A stretch of 64,000 nucleotides of DNA from Octopus sinensis. Its lineage: Eukaryota. Shown in pieces: positions 1-13,911 of this stretch. The position numbers and the translations under genes were made by a program. The notes under the pieces are model-generated. The model was given only the letters and a program-made list of their open reading frames with translations, ran no database searches and was not told the origin of the DNA. The stretch covers positions 65,472,001 through 65,536,000 of the forward strand of contig NC_043002.1 of assembly GCF_006345805.1 (NCBI RefSeq), written 5' to 3'. How positions within the stretch are numbered: position 1 is the first letter of the stretch; each line of letters starts with the position of its first letter.

Positions 1-149
1 ATCTTACAACAAAAGAGACAACGTAAAACGTGGTGTAATAATTGGTTTAACACTCATTTAAAGATTAAGAAGGTGGTGGTGGGGAGTTTGAAGTTTCAAG
101 CTTCAAATATTACTCAGAAACTTTGATAGACGAAGTGTAGTGGAACGAA

Positions 150-645
150 AAAATAAGCAGGTGTAACAAAAACATGTGTATCGTTCTATATAAATTCTAT
201 AGAATTAATGCGTGTATATGAGTGGCCTGCTGTATTTAGTATTCTACCAAGACATCCACGTTAAGATAGATATAAAGATTGTTTTTTTGGTACTAATACT
301 GCTTCCGTCGCTAATAGTTTTATCTTTTTTTACAAGCCTGTGATTTAGTGACTAACAAGACACTAATATTTGCGACTTCAATAACAAAAGGAGACTACTA
401 TTTTATGTATCGCGGCAGCTAGATTCGGCTGGCATGCGGTCATTGGATCCCTGCCACTGAAGAAATGCAGGACACTAAGTTCACGTAATCTGGGTATTGT
501 GGTACCCATAGCAGAAAAATTCTCGTCTGCTACGATATATGTCTTTTCTTTTATGCTTCATGCGTTTAAATGAGAGGACCTCTCTAGGGTAAAAGCGCAG
601 TATTCGGCGTCCCAACAAGATATCCGTTGGGTATAAAGATCGCAT
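150..645 (+). repeat. Unclassified ~350-365 bp tandem repeat family, cluster A (~1.5 degenerate units)
   Basis: Shares ordered blocks with 59030-59560: ACATCCACGTT, TAAAGATT, AATACTGCTTCCGT, TTTTAYAAGCCTG, TATTTGCGAC and the TAGCAGA..TCGTCTGCTAC hairpin. Internal repeat: GACATCCACGTT (~251) vs GATATCCGTT (~619). Confidence 0.7.
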
Positions 646-836
646 TATATATGTGTGTGTGTGTGTGTGTGTGAGTGTGTGTGTATGTGTGTGTGTGTGC
701 TTGTGTGTGTGTCTACGTGTATACGCACCTAATCCAACTACACACTGTTATAGATAGATAAATACATACATACATACATACATACATATACATACATACA
801 TACATACATACATACATACATACATACATACATACA
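645..836. repeat. (TG)n and (TACA)n microsatellites
   Basis: Directly visible. Confidence 0.95.
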
Positions 837-2267
837 TGGTGAGTGTGGAAATCGAAAAGAGATGAAAAGAAACCGAACTTTATATTTTGTTAGAATGTAC
901 ATACATGCGTATTCAAATAATATGTTAAATTGCAAGCTACTGTCATTGAACAGCTAAGGAACATATCAAGTATTCGATACATTTTCTTCAACGTTCATAC
1001 ACTACCTCTATTTTTCCTGTTATTGTCCTAAATGTTTTACTTTCTATCATTTTACAATCCCAAACACCAAATCATATGGTGCCTCTGTTTTTGATACGTT
1101 TCATTCTTTGAATAGGTTAGTTTTTCCAAGTTTGCACTGAAGTCCAACTTCATCTTATCAAAGATGGTGTGGAAAATAGGAAATACTTTAGAATTGTGTT
1201 TTGTTTTCTATAATAAGTTTATTTCACAATTCATTTTCATGTGTTGGGTGAGTTCAAGTGATATTCAGTACAAAATATAAACTCAATTAAACGAGAAACG
1301 ATGAGAAATTGAAATACTCTTACGTGTGTTGGTTGAAGAAGTAAAATTTCTATCATATATTACAGGTTGCAGCAATTCTTTGTCTTAAATTTACATAAAT
1401 ATTGACAATGTATTTCAAGCGGAATATTAAGTTTGTTCGCTTGTTCTTTTATTTGTTAAAACTACATTTAATATCGATGGAATCTCAAAGTGAATGAATC
1501 ATCTAATTCCATATCATTCGATCATCACATAATTGTTATCATGCAGAGTATAATACACTACCGGGAAGATTGTGTATGGCAAAATACCTTGTGTTATACA
1601 TGCTGTAACAACTATATATTTCAATGTGTGGAGATTTGTAAGATATAAATATTATAAGAATTGTAAGATATAAATATTATAAGAATTGCGTTGATTGTAA
1701 GGCATGGAATATATAATAAGATATAACCACAGGTAATAAATATAGTAACTATAAATTATGCATGTTGTAAGTCATGTGTTGCATTCATAAATTAGGGCAT
1801 AAATATAAGAACCCATTAATGGGGTAGGCATAAATATTATAATCCATCAAACTGGTAAATCGTGTATGAAATATTCTTAAGTATTTGCTCACTTCTATTA
1901 ATCAACAGTATTTTATTCCATATATATTTGCGAATATATTTCTTTATAAGTAACAATGCATTAGAAATAAAACAAGGGAAATAGGAATAAATATAGCAAC
2001 AAAGATTAAAGTAGGAGGATATAAATAAATGTTGTGACTTCAACAATGATATGGAGATTATGAAAAGTACATAAATAAGAAGTATTCTGATTGTCTTGTC
2101 CAGTACAATTGAGCTTTTAACATTCATATAACTATACAGATTGGTATTAGCTAATGAAACAGCTGTAGGAAATAAAATTTGTGAAATACCATGCTGTTAC
2201 TTGAGTTTTTTCTTCAGGTCTATTGGGTAGCTTTTGTAGTGCGTAATAATGATTGTAAATGTGTAGT

Positions 2268-2269
2268 TA

Positions 2270-2316
<47 letters not shown>

Positions 2317-2803
2317 AACATATATATTTATATACGTATATATATATATATATTGAAGAATTGGAAAATTCTGCCTATCCCTGATTCACTCGCTATCTTT
2401 CCAGCCTTATAATTTAAGGTCTACGGAAGATAACTCTTTTGCCTTTTGTACTTTTATATTTTACATTTTAGATTTCTGTTTCTGTTTTCCGTTTCATTTC
2501 GTATTCCATTTTTTAACCTTCCATGTTTTCTCTGTGCTGCATTCTCATTTTGTTTTGTTTTGTTTTGTTTATTTGCGTTTCTTCTATTATTCAATATTTT
2601 TAGTTTGTTTATAATATGTGGTATGTGCTTGATGAATATGTAAGAGATATTTCTCAACATGAATTCATTAGTTAAAAATTTTAAGACCTGAATTGTGTCC
2701 TTTAAATATATAATATTAAACTCTCACCAGGTGGAGTACATTTTTGTTGAATATTCTATCACGGAACAGTACATTATATATATATATATATATATATATA
2801 ATA

Positions 2804-2850
<47 letters not shown>

Positions 2851-2855
2851 TTATA

Positions 2856-2902
<47 letters not shown>

Positions 2903-3260
2903 GATATATGTGCATGTTCATGTATGCATACGCATACAAATATGTACATATACGTATCTGTATGTATGTATGTATGTATGTATGTATGTATGTATATAAT
3001 ATATATATATATATATATAATATATATATATGCACATACACAAATATATGTGCGTGTGTGTGTATGTACGCTAGATGTATCGAAACAATTGTCGTGATCA
3101 ATAATAGATTCTCGTATATTCCATATATATATATATATATATATGTACATATATATATATATATATAAACACATACTTACATACATGCATACATACATAC
3201 ATACATACATACATACATACATACATACATACATACATACATACATACATACATACATAC
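2268..3260. repeat. (TA)n/(TATG)n/(TACA)n microsatellite cluster with unique spacers
   Basis: Directly visible; explains the IY/YI/MYVC ORFs. Confidence 0.9.
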
Positions 3261-3867
3261 GTTCATTTAATAGACTTTTGTTCATACCTGATTTTAATTT
3301 GTTCTCGGATTTCTCTATTTGTAGAAATGCGCGCGTGAGTGTGTGGGGAGAGAGTGAGTGGAAGAGAGAGTGGGAGGGTGAGAGAGGTCGAGCAGTTATT
3401 TGTTATACATAAATGTTTTCCAATTAAAAATAGCTAAAAAGAGATATCGTAAGACTAAAAATAGTAACAGTCGTATTCTACTTGACTTACAATTTATTGA
3501 GTGAAATGAAGGATGGCGATCAAGAGACAAGGAAAATTACATATATTTTCATTTCAGTGTTTCTTTCACTGCATTTACAAAGAAATAATTAAAGCCACCA
3601 TTTCCTCCCTTGCGAAGTATCAGCCATTATATATGCATTAGTGCTTTACCACTTGGAAATTGTTGTTATTGTTGTAGTTGCTGTTGTTTTTGTTTTTGTT
3701 GTTGTTGTTGTTGTTGATGTTGTTGCTGCTGTTTTTGCTATTGTTGATCTCGTTGTTGTTGCTTTTCTTCTTCGTCTTCTTCTTCTTATTATTATTATTA
3801 TTATTATTCTTTTTCTTCTTTTTTTCTTCTTCTTCTTCTTCTTCTTCTTCTTCTTCTCATTATTATT

Positions 3868-4075
3868 GGCAGAATCGTCAGCGCGCCGATCGCAAAATGC
3901 TTAGTGACATTTCGTCCGCTTTTACGATCTGAGTTCAAATTCCACCGAGGTCAACTTTGCCTTGCATCCTTTAAGGGTCGATCAATTAAGTACCTGTGAA
4001 TCACTGGGGGACGATGTAATCGACTACTCTCCTCCCTTCAAATTTCAGCGCTTGTACCTTTATTAGGAAGGATTA
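3868..4075 (+). mobile_element. tRNA-derived SINE, family A, with (ATT)n tail
   Basis: GGCAGAATCGTCAGC head, B-box-like GAGTTCAAATTCC, GGGTCGAT..AAGTACC..GATGTAATCGACT body; homologous copies at 36740, 52125 and 54660. Confidence 0.85.
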
Positions 4076-4084
4076 TTATTATAA

Positions 4085-4152
<68 letters not shown>

Positions 4153-4344
4153 TTATTTTTATCATTAGCAAACTCCGACTACTACCATTTCATTTATCTG
4201 TGTTTTCGTTTTCCCCTTAGACTTGACCTAAGAAATTAAAACTGTCAACTTCATTTCTTGTTTGAAAACGATTTGGATGTATGTGTGACTATGAGATTTT
4301 ATATGTGTTTGAATGGATAGAAGAAAGGACGAACAGACAGTCAA

Positions 4345-5065
<721 letters not shown>

Positions 5066-5858
5066 GTTTACGACTGTGTTCAATGTATATCTCCTAAACA
5101 TTGGTGAAAGAATCAGAAAATCCGGTGCTTTCGCATGAAGTCTTTGTGTGAGAGATATGTTGCATAAATTCTAACACATTTCAAGATGAGAGAAACTCAC
5201 AGTAGAAAAGTCGTATGCGGATTATATTTCGCGTTACGTCCCTTTATGTTTTCACATGAAACTGTGCTGGAGATAGTTTCGCTTTCAATTCTCCGGGGAT
5301 CAATAAAACAATACGAACCAGTAATGTACAATATTGATTCAGAAGGACATATATATTTAACTGCAAATGTGAGGCAATTTGCCAATGTAAGAAATCATTA
5401 TCGTCCCAGAAGGCAATGCAACGTCTTACGGATAATCACCAGAATCGCTAAGTTAGTATTGATGTGTTAGAAAGCTGGTAGTGATATACGTATCAGTACG
5501 TTAATGATGGTCTGTTGGTAAGTTATTGATGAAATCTTAATAAGCTAGTGGAGACCTTTCGCTAGGCTAGTGATAGTTTAAAGGTTATTGGCTATCTATA
5601 AATGTGGTTCTTAACATGTTTATGGCCCACCGACCTTCTCCTCCTAATGACGTTTTACAAACGCCTATTCGCCATATTCTGCAAAAGAAAAAAGTCTAGA
5701 ATATTTTAATCAAACAGTAGTTACATGCAGTAGTTCATTATACATATTGTCTTATACTATTTCATCTTGTACCTCTTTAATTGTACGAAATTGAGTCAAA
5801 ACTTTTCTCGTTTTCCAAGTTGTAATTAACAGCTCAGACAATTTACATACAAAGAAGT

Positions 5859-6780
5859 TTAACTATCAAAATATATCCCGTCATATTCTATTGTCAGTTG
5901 CCATCGTTGTGCCATAATCTCGATTCCACGCTTACAAACTTTGGCAAAAAATCGTGCACTCCTTTTCACTCCCGATCACATTATTGATTTCTGTTCGTGA
6001 AGGAAAGGAGCCACGGCTTGAAAAAGGTGGTAATCTGATGGTGTATGATCTGGATTGTAGGTAGCATTTCCTGCTCTTCAGCTTACTCAAGTTTACACTT
6101 GGGCATATTGGCAATGTGCACTGGAGAATTGTCATGCTATAGAAGTGCATTACACCGATTGATTACTGCGAGGGAGTGGATATTCAAACCATCATATACT
6201 TGCTGCAGTTGTTGTACATAAAGGTCAACGTTCAAAAGATGACCACATGGGACAAGCTCAATGACTAAACACTCGCTCGAAGTTCCACCAAATACACAAC
6301 ATGACCTTTTGTACATGAAGGCTCACTCGAGCAAAGCCACTGATATTTTAATTATGATTACGAAAATAGATGCATTTGTAATCCCCAGTTATCATGCGAC
6401 GCCAAAAGGGCATCTATGGGATTTGCCAGCAGTTGTTTGCAAATATTCACACGTTGTTGAGCCTCGCTATTGTTCAGTTCAAGAGAAGTTTCTCGACAGC
6501 GTCTGTTAACAATGCCGGGCTTATGGATGGGTCGATTGAAGGCGGTTTTCGTGTGATAATTTCTGCCCGCGTAGGTAAAAGTGCTTGTACTTTACTGTGG
6601 GTCAACAATTCCAAGCAAAGCTTCATCTTTCGCAACAGTTCTCCTTGAATTTGATTTGTCTTTGAGTTGCTGGCCCTTCCACATCATAATTTCTTTTGCC
6701 GCTGTCCTAATATTCAATCCCCTTTTCCACATGTAGCGTAACATGGGTCTAATTGCAACTTTTTCACCACTTGTTATGAA
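5859..6780 (-). pseudogene. Degenerate mariner transposase relic
   Basis: Minus-strand translation gives LHVQKVMLCIWWN, ELVPCGHLLNVDLYVQQL, HDNSPVH, YNPDHTPSDYHLF (cf. YSPDLAPSDYHLF) and C-terminal QRWQLTIEYDGIYFDS*. Confidence 0.8.
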
Positions 6781-6833
6781 TATAGTAAAATAAAAATATA
6801 CAATTACTATTCATATATATTCATAATATTCAT

Positions 6834-7007
6834 ATAGGCGCAGTAGTGGCTGTGTGGTAAGTAGCTTGCTTCCCAGCAACATGGTTCCGGGTTCACTTCC
6901 ACTGCGTGACACCTTGGGCAAGTGTCTTCTACTGTAGCCTCCGGCCGACCAAACCCTTGTAAGTGCATTTGGTAGACGGAAACTGAAGAATGCCTGTCGT
7001 GTATATG

Positions 7008-7065
<58 letters not shown>

Positions 7066-7272
7066 CGTGTGTGTGTGTATGTTCTTGTCCCCCGAACATC
7101 GCTTGACAACCGATGTTCGTGTGTTTACGCCCTTGTAATTTCGCGGTTCGGCAAAAGAGATGAACGGAATAAGCACTAGGCTTACAAAGAATAAGTCCTG
7201 GGGTCGATTTGCTCGACTAAAGGCTGTGCCCCAGCCAGGCCGCAGTCAAATGACTGAAACAAGTAAAAGAAT
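6834..7272 (+). mobile_element. tRNA-derived SINE, family B (octopus OK/OR-like), with internal (TA)(TG)n
   Basis: GTGGCTGTGTGGTAAG A-box, GGGTTCA B-box, CCTTGGGCAAGTGTCTTC, 3' GCCGCAGTCAAATGACTGAAACAAGTAAAAGA; many copies in the window. Confidence 0.9.
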
Positions 7273-7439
7273 ATGTTGTATATGGAAATAATAATTTAAC
7301 AGCGATTGGACAACTTGTATCAAATTAAAATGATATAACATGAAGATACAAATTGCCACTCAACCTGATTTTTCTGTAGACGAGAAACCATGTTTTTAAT
7401 TTTGGAAATTACATTAGCATCCGCCCGTTACGTTATATA

Positions 7440-7690
7440 CAGAGTGTTTAAAAAGTCTCTCCGCTGTAAGTATTTTATTGCAAAGTAAATATTTATAAGA
7501 TGGTAATTAGATTACAAAAGAATATATTAGACTTTACAAGTCTTTAAAAAATTTTATAAGAGGTGCTGAAAGTGCTGTCCTTCATTTTCAATACAGAAGC
7601 TGACTCTTCTACACATGTTTTGAAATACATCTTGGAGAGTCTAACTCTTGGATAGTCAGGATGAAAAAAATTCACTGCAGAGTCTTTTTG
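7440..7690 (-). mobile_element. Tc1/mariner-superfamily 3' end relic
   Basis: Minus strand encodes CIENEGQHFQHLL*, a typical Tc1-like C-terminus; TA-CAGAGTGTTT terminus. Confidence 0.6.
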
Positions 7691-8310
7691 AACAACCTAT
7701 ATTATTGGACGTCGGCACATCTTCTGCCGTGGCCATATTCGTATATTTTTTTTGTCTGAAGTGTGATTATGAGTATAGTATCAGATGTAAGGGAGTCTTC
7801 TAGTGGGCTCACAACGCTTCAGAGGGTTGCTACTGCTCAGATTAAGAACATCTTAATCTATAGGAAGGTTAACATTTATCAGATGGTAATTTATTGTTAG
7901 TACACTGCAGGAGATATGGCGGCCTATAGATAGGTAATAGGCTGTTTGCTGATAACGTCGTGGTGGAGCATGTGTGATCAACATCTCAAATAATTTAGAC
8001 CTATAAAGCCTTTATAGGAAACGAGGTCAGACCACATACGCTACACAGTCACCGCCTGTAATTGTGTACAGCAATCTTCAAGCATTTACGAACCATAAAC
8101 ACTACCCAACAGAATTCTATATTGTTCATAACCTACAGAAAATAAGTAATATTAAACTCAGGAAACGCGACCACAAGAGACCAAACACACCAAAGCAAAA
8201 CTGACAGAGTATAGAACATTCCCAAAAATAAATAATGCGTACTTTTTGTGCTATCCTGGGTCGGTCATTATGCCAATGATAAACACGTGCACTGATTCTA
8301 TTTTATTTCT

Positions 8311-8505
8311 TTAATATTTATTCGTCAATTAGTTAATTGTTTAAACTGTTAACTAACTGATTGTATGAGTAATAGTTCGGATGTCGATGATGGCGGTGAA
8401 AGGACTTTCACATAAATGACTGATTGTTGGACCGAACGACTAATCACATAAAAGATTAGATAATTGGTTAAACAGTTAACAAATTGATAGGTAAATAAAT
8501 ATTAA
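8311..8505. repeat. Imperfect inverted repeat (MITE-like foldback)
   Basis: TTAATATTTATT..TCAATT.GTTAATTGTTTAA pairs with TTAAACAGTTAAC.AATTGA..AATAAATATTAA; inner GTTCGG/CCGAAC. Confidence 0.6.
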
Positions 8506-8784
8506 GTGAAACAGATACAATGTGTGTGGTTACCATTGGCATAATGACGCGCATGAAACAACTTAATATGTTTCAATACAGGAGTTCAAAACAAGAATCT
8601 TGCAAATCAAACACAAAACGATATAACGCGCACACCTTACGAAAACAGAGTCGAACGGAGTGGTTTATTAAAAACTCGTATAAAACTGCGGAAAAACATA
8701 TTACTGATAATACTAACACTAATAAATACTAATAATTAATAATATAATAATAATATATAATACACAACACAACAACAACACAAC

Positions 8785-8841
<57 letters not shown>

Positions 8842-9324
8842 TAATAATAATAATAATAACAGAAAGAACAGCAAAAACAATTACAAAAATACTAACCAAA
8901 AATTACAGAACAATGGAAAAGGAGAAAAAGAAATCGCAAAAATATACACAAAACCAATATAAAATATTTACGAAAAATGTATCGTAAACTACAAAGGCAG
9001 ATATGAATAAATAACAGAAAATATTAGAATATGAACAATATATGTATACGAAAATAATGGCCGTTTTACAATCTGGTAAATACAGGTAGTTCAGTGAATG
9101 ATTTATGTAAATGCCAGTAAAATTATTTATGGTGTGTGAAAAAGGGAAAAAAATGTATATCATTGCTGATATTAACTATGTTTCTACGTTTGCTGATGGA
9201 GGGCAGCGAGTAACAACAAGCTAGAAAATATGGCAGAAATTAAGAGATATAAGAAAATATATTTGACCTCTGCAACGTAGCAGATTTCTCTCTTTCTCTC
9301 TCACTCTATCCTTCTGGCTATATA

Positions 9325-10490
9325 CGAGGTGGTATCAAAACGTTCCTGTACTATTTCTGTAGCCCGCCAATGGATGGCAGCACGAGGTTGGGTGTGCATG
9401 GAGAGGTAGCAGGGACCTTCATGAAACAGTGTGCCGAGTGACATCGCTGTAATTACTTGGCAAATTATGAAATTTGTGTTTGTGTATGATGTACTCTGCG
9501 ATTTGGTAATGGACAAGGAGTTGGAGCAAAGGGCTAACGTGAAATTTTGTGTTAAACTTGGGAAGTCTGCTACAGAGAAATTGAGCATGCTTTGATAAGC
9601 ATGAGATGGGGCAATGTGTCTTACATAATGTTTCGAGTGGCACAGACGCTTCAAAAGTGGAAGAACGTCTCTGGGAGACGTTGAGCGATCTGAAAGAACT
9701 GCCATGAGCGTCAACTCCGGGAATGTGGAAAACATTCATCAGTTTTTTGCACGATGAGAGTCCGAGGACAATCAACGACATTGCTGATATCGTTTGTTGG
9801 TCTGTCATGTGGGTCCGAGCAGGCAATCCTAATGCCTGAATTGAACACACGGCGTGTGTCTGTTAGTTTGACCCCCTCCTGTTGACCGCTAAGCAGAAAG
9901 AACATCGCGTCGCTAACCCATCCTTCGTGTCGAGGATCATCACCGGTGACGTGAGTTGACTCTATGGGTAGGACCCTGAGGCGAAGCTTCAGTCCTCACA
10001 ATGGAAGAGGCTCTCCTCTCCACGAAATAAGAAGGCACGAAAGAGCCGCTGCTCAAACAAGAGCATGCTCATGGGTTTTTTTTTTTTTACCATTTCCGCG
10101 GTATTCGGCATCGAGAATTCGCCCCCTGAGCCAGGCCATCAATCTAGATTTTTACTGTCACGTTTTGAAGCGTTTGGAGGAAGACATTCGGCGAAGAATT
10201 TGGTTCTTCACGACGAACATGCACCCTATCACTGAGCTCTCCTTACTCTTGATTTTCTCTCCAAAAACAACATAGATTTGCTTCTGCACTCACACTATTC
10301 GCCAGATTTAGCAGCTGCGGATTTCCATCTCTTCAGCTCAAAGGTCACTGCTGTAACACTTGTTGAGATCCAGAGCAAATCGTAAAAGGTCCTCGACTCG
10401 CTTACGGAAAACGACTTCCAGGCCGGTTTCTAAAAGTAGCAGCAAGTATCTTAATATTGCTGCGCGGCATTATTTGGAAAGGTTATGTTC
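9325..10490 (+). mobile_element. Degenerate mariner element
   Basis: TA-CGAGGTGGTATCAAAA terminus; ATG 9509 MDKELEQRANVKFCVKLGKSATE; later RIITGD and HYSPDLAAADFHLF; many stops and indels. Confidence 0.85.
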
Positions 10491-10648
10491 TTAGTAAAGA
10501 AGTTATATTTATTAAAACATAACTAGTCCAAACTTGCATATCTTTCTCTCCCTATGCTCCCTCATAGGGTAATAAGGGATTTCATGTATTAAATATCATA
10601 TATATATATAGATATATATATATCATATATATATATATCATATTAGAT

Positions 10649-10681
<33 letters not shown>

Positions 10682-10701
10682 TATATATTAAATATATGTA
10701 T

Positions 10702-11298
10702 AAGTGGGAAAAAAACGACAGAAGGCTTAAATGTGCAAAAAAATTATATATATTTTTGTGTTAAAATGTCGGGAGAATATGGTGAAAAATTTTTTTTCCT
10801 TTCCTTAAATGACATAATTTTAAAAATTTTTAAAGAAAGTACCGGTTTCGCGTGTAGCTTTTCAAATTCTGTGACGTTATGTTTATATGGTATGGAGTTA
10901 TCGTTGTTTTTATTTCCCAGGGAGATTTCTAAATAAGGGGAGATAGTGAGTGATTTCTTCCGGTGTAAGGGAGATAATCGCTAAAAAATTTTTTTTTTTT
11001 TTTTTTTCCTTTTCCTTGGAATTTCTCTGGGTGCAGTATGTTCGGATGGTTGAGTCTGGGTTTGTACTTTCAATGAAGAATGTTTCCTTGTTCAGTCTCA
11101 TTTGTGTTGATGATCCGAAAGCACAGTGGTAAAATGGAAGATTAAAAATTGTGTGGGTGGCAGTTTGCTTGCGCATTTTCTCAATGTGCTCACTAAAAGG
11201 TATCATTCTATATTCTGGGAATGCAATCTGTTGTCGTTGCAGTGTGCATCTACGCTGAGTGATAGTCCCGTGGAACCCAATAGTCCCGTGGAACCCAA
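10702..11298 (-). mobile_element. Inverted 3' fragment (pLTR-like) of the PLE
   Basis: Reverse complement of ~13281-13852; ORF 10910..11206 reads MIPFSEHIEK..STQMRLNKETFFIE; lacks the last ~55 bp tail. Confidence 0.92.
10833..10870 (-). ncRNA. Minimal hammerhead ribozyme (U3-A8 variant), inverted copy, stem I imperfect
   Basis: Minus strand AGAAT-TTGAAAA-GC-TACAC-GC-GAAA-CCGG-TA-CTTTCTT. Confidence 0.65.
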
Positions 11299-13538
11299 TC
11301 TTTCAACCAAACCTCTTTCTAACATAAAAATTGACATCCTCGCAAAAGGGCTCAAATTTACACCACCTCCACGCAGAGCAAACCTAAATGAACTCAAGGA
11401 TAATATAACAGAATTTTGCAGAAAATTAAGACTAGCAGAAGCATCAACAGTTTCAATACTGAAGATGATCACTAGTCAAGAACAAAAGTGAACACATCCC
11501 ACACAGAGAAGAAATAAAGATCTTGACGAATTCTGTAACCACATTGAGAACTTCCCCTACCATACTATACATAAACAGAAAGCTAACCCAAATTTTAACA
11601 CTACGCATGGAAAGAACTGATAGAACTCCAAAATGATGAAGATATAACCATTAAGAAGCGGACAAGGAAAGCAGTTGTAATAATGGATACATCATACTAC
11701 AGAAATCTTGTAATTCCTTGCTTGATGAAGACCTACATTATGAAAAAATTACCAACTACACCCCACAAAAAATAATGAAAACTCTATCTTCACTAATTAA
11801 AACCCATGAAAAGGACTGACAACCAAATAGATTGATTTCCTAACAAACTTTAAATGCAAACTAGCCTTTTCTATGGTCTGCCAAAAATTCATAAAAGTCA
11901 AATTATAATGAAACCATTAAAAAATCACCAAAGACATACATACACACACCTAATCCGGGGGACCTAAAACTACGACCCATTGTAGCTGGCCCAACTTGTG
12001 AAACACACAGACTAAGTCTACTTATGGACATCCTCTTGAAACCCTTCCTTAAACATATCGATAGCCATATCAGAGATGACTTAGATATGTTAAACCACCT
12101 TACAAAAAAAACCAAGGAAGAAACAATCCTGGTTTCATTTGATGTAGTCAACTTGTATACCAGTATACCTCATAATAATGGACTGGAGGCAATACAATTC
12201 TGGTTAGACCAATTTTCCGGAAGAAATACCAAAAAAAGGATCAGTAAGGAATTCATTACTAAATCAATTGAATTCATCCTACACAATAACCACTTCATGT
12301 TTGACAATACATTTTACCGTCAAAAATCCGGAATTGCTATGGGTACAAGGGCAGCAAGCACCAGTCATTGCGAACTTAACAATGGGACATGGAAATAATC
12401 ATTTACCAGGAATCTCTATCAATCTTTGGAAACTCCCTCTCTCAATACATAAAAGAGAATTGGAAACGATTCCTAGACGATTGTTTCATTCTCTGGAATG
12501 AAAACATAGATATAACTCCTAAAATTTAAAACCTATTGAACAGCATAAACCCAATATACAGTTCACAATGGAATACAACCAAAAGGAGCTCCGTTCTTGG
12601 ATATACTAATTAAAAAATAACTATTACAAATAGAAACAGACATTTTTTACAAAGCCACAGACGCCAAACAATACCTTCTTTTTAATTCATGCCACCCAAG
12701 ACACACTAAAACAAACATCCCTTCAACCTTGCAAGAAGGATATGCACAATAGTGTCAGAACAAAATACCAGGAACTTTAGACTGCAAGAACTCAAAAACA
12801 CCCTAATTGACAGACATTACCCAGCTCAACTCATAGAGGATGGGATCAGACGTGCAACAGAAATCAACATAAACTTTAAGAAAAGTTCAACACAACAACA
12901 CACCTTCCCCCGAAAATACTACCTTACATATCTACATACAACCCCAGAAACAAAGAAGCCTTCACCATCATCACCCAGAATTTACCATACTTCATAAAAA
13001 CCCAAAATTAAAGGAAATTCTAAACATACACCAAATCATTATAAATACACAGCCTAAATCACTTAAAAAAGATTCTCACAAAGGCAATTGTCTTCTAAAA
13101 TTACGGATGCAAAAGTAAAAAAATGTGGTAGATCGAACTGTGCAACATGTCCTAACCTATTGGAAGGATCAGAATTCTCTTTAAAGAGGGACAGAAATTT
13201 AAGATCAAATCTGACTTTACTTGTGCCTCTGAAAACATAATTTATGTTATTAAATGCTCGGGCTGCCACCAAGACTACGTGGGTTCCACGGGACTATCAC
13301 TCAGGCGTAGATGCACACTGCATCGACAACAGATTGCATTCCCAGAATATAGAATGATACCTTTTAGTGAGCACATTGAGAAATGCGCAAAGCAACTACT
13401 GCCACAATTTTTAATCTTCCATTTTACCAATGTGCTTTCGGATCATCAACACAAATGAGACTGAACAAGGAAACATTCTTCATTGAAAAGTACAAACCCA
13501 GACTCAACCATCCGAACATACTGACACAGAGAAATTAA
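11297..13538 (+). pseudogene. 5'-truncated, frameshifted PLE RT-GIY-YIG ORF
   Basis: NLSTKPLSNIKIDILAKGLKFTP, LVSFDVVNLYTSIPH, GIAMGT; many 1-bp indels relative to the downstream copy. Confidence 0.9.
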
Positions 13539-13689
13539 CAAGGAAAAAGGAAAAAAAAAAAAAAAAAAAATTTTTTAGCGATTATCTCCCTTACACCGGA
13601 AGAAATCACTCACTATCTCTCCCCTTATTTAAAATCTCCTGGAAATAAAACACCAGCGATAACTCCATGCAATATAAACATAACGTCAC

Positions 13690-13729
13690 AAGAAATTTGA
13701 AAAGCTACACGCGAAACCGGTAATTTCTT
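13690..13729 (+). ncRNA. Minimal type I hammerhead ribozyme, U3-A8 variant core
   Basis: AAGAAAT-TTGAAAA-GC-TACAC-GC-GAAA-CCGG-TA-ATTTCTT; perfect 7-bp stem I, 2-bp stem II, palindromic CCGG loop III. Confidence 0.8.
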
Positions 13730-13911
13730 TAAAAATTTTAAAATTATGTCATTTTAAGAAGAAAAAGAAAAAATTTTCCAATATTCTCCAGACATTTTAA
13801 CACAAATATATATATTTTTTAACATTTAAGCCTTCTGTCGTTTTTTCACACTTTACTATTTTCTTATATATTCACCCACGTGCTTTACCAAACAAACTTT
13901 CTTATCTATAT

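Noticed and set aside
1636-1687. 25 bp tandem duplication (another at ~36018-36070)
   Set aside because: Two-copy slippage duplications without spacers; not CRISPR-like
5120-5225. Possible C2H2 zinc-finger linker relic (ACTCACAGTAGAAAAGTCGTAT, THTGEKPY-like)
   Set aside because: A single degenerate match with no intact Cys/His spacing or neighbouring fingers
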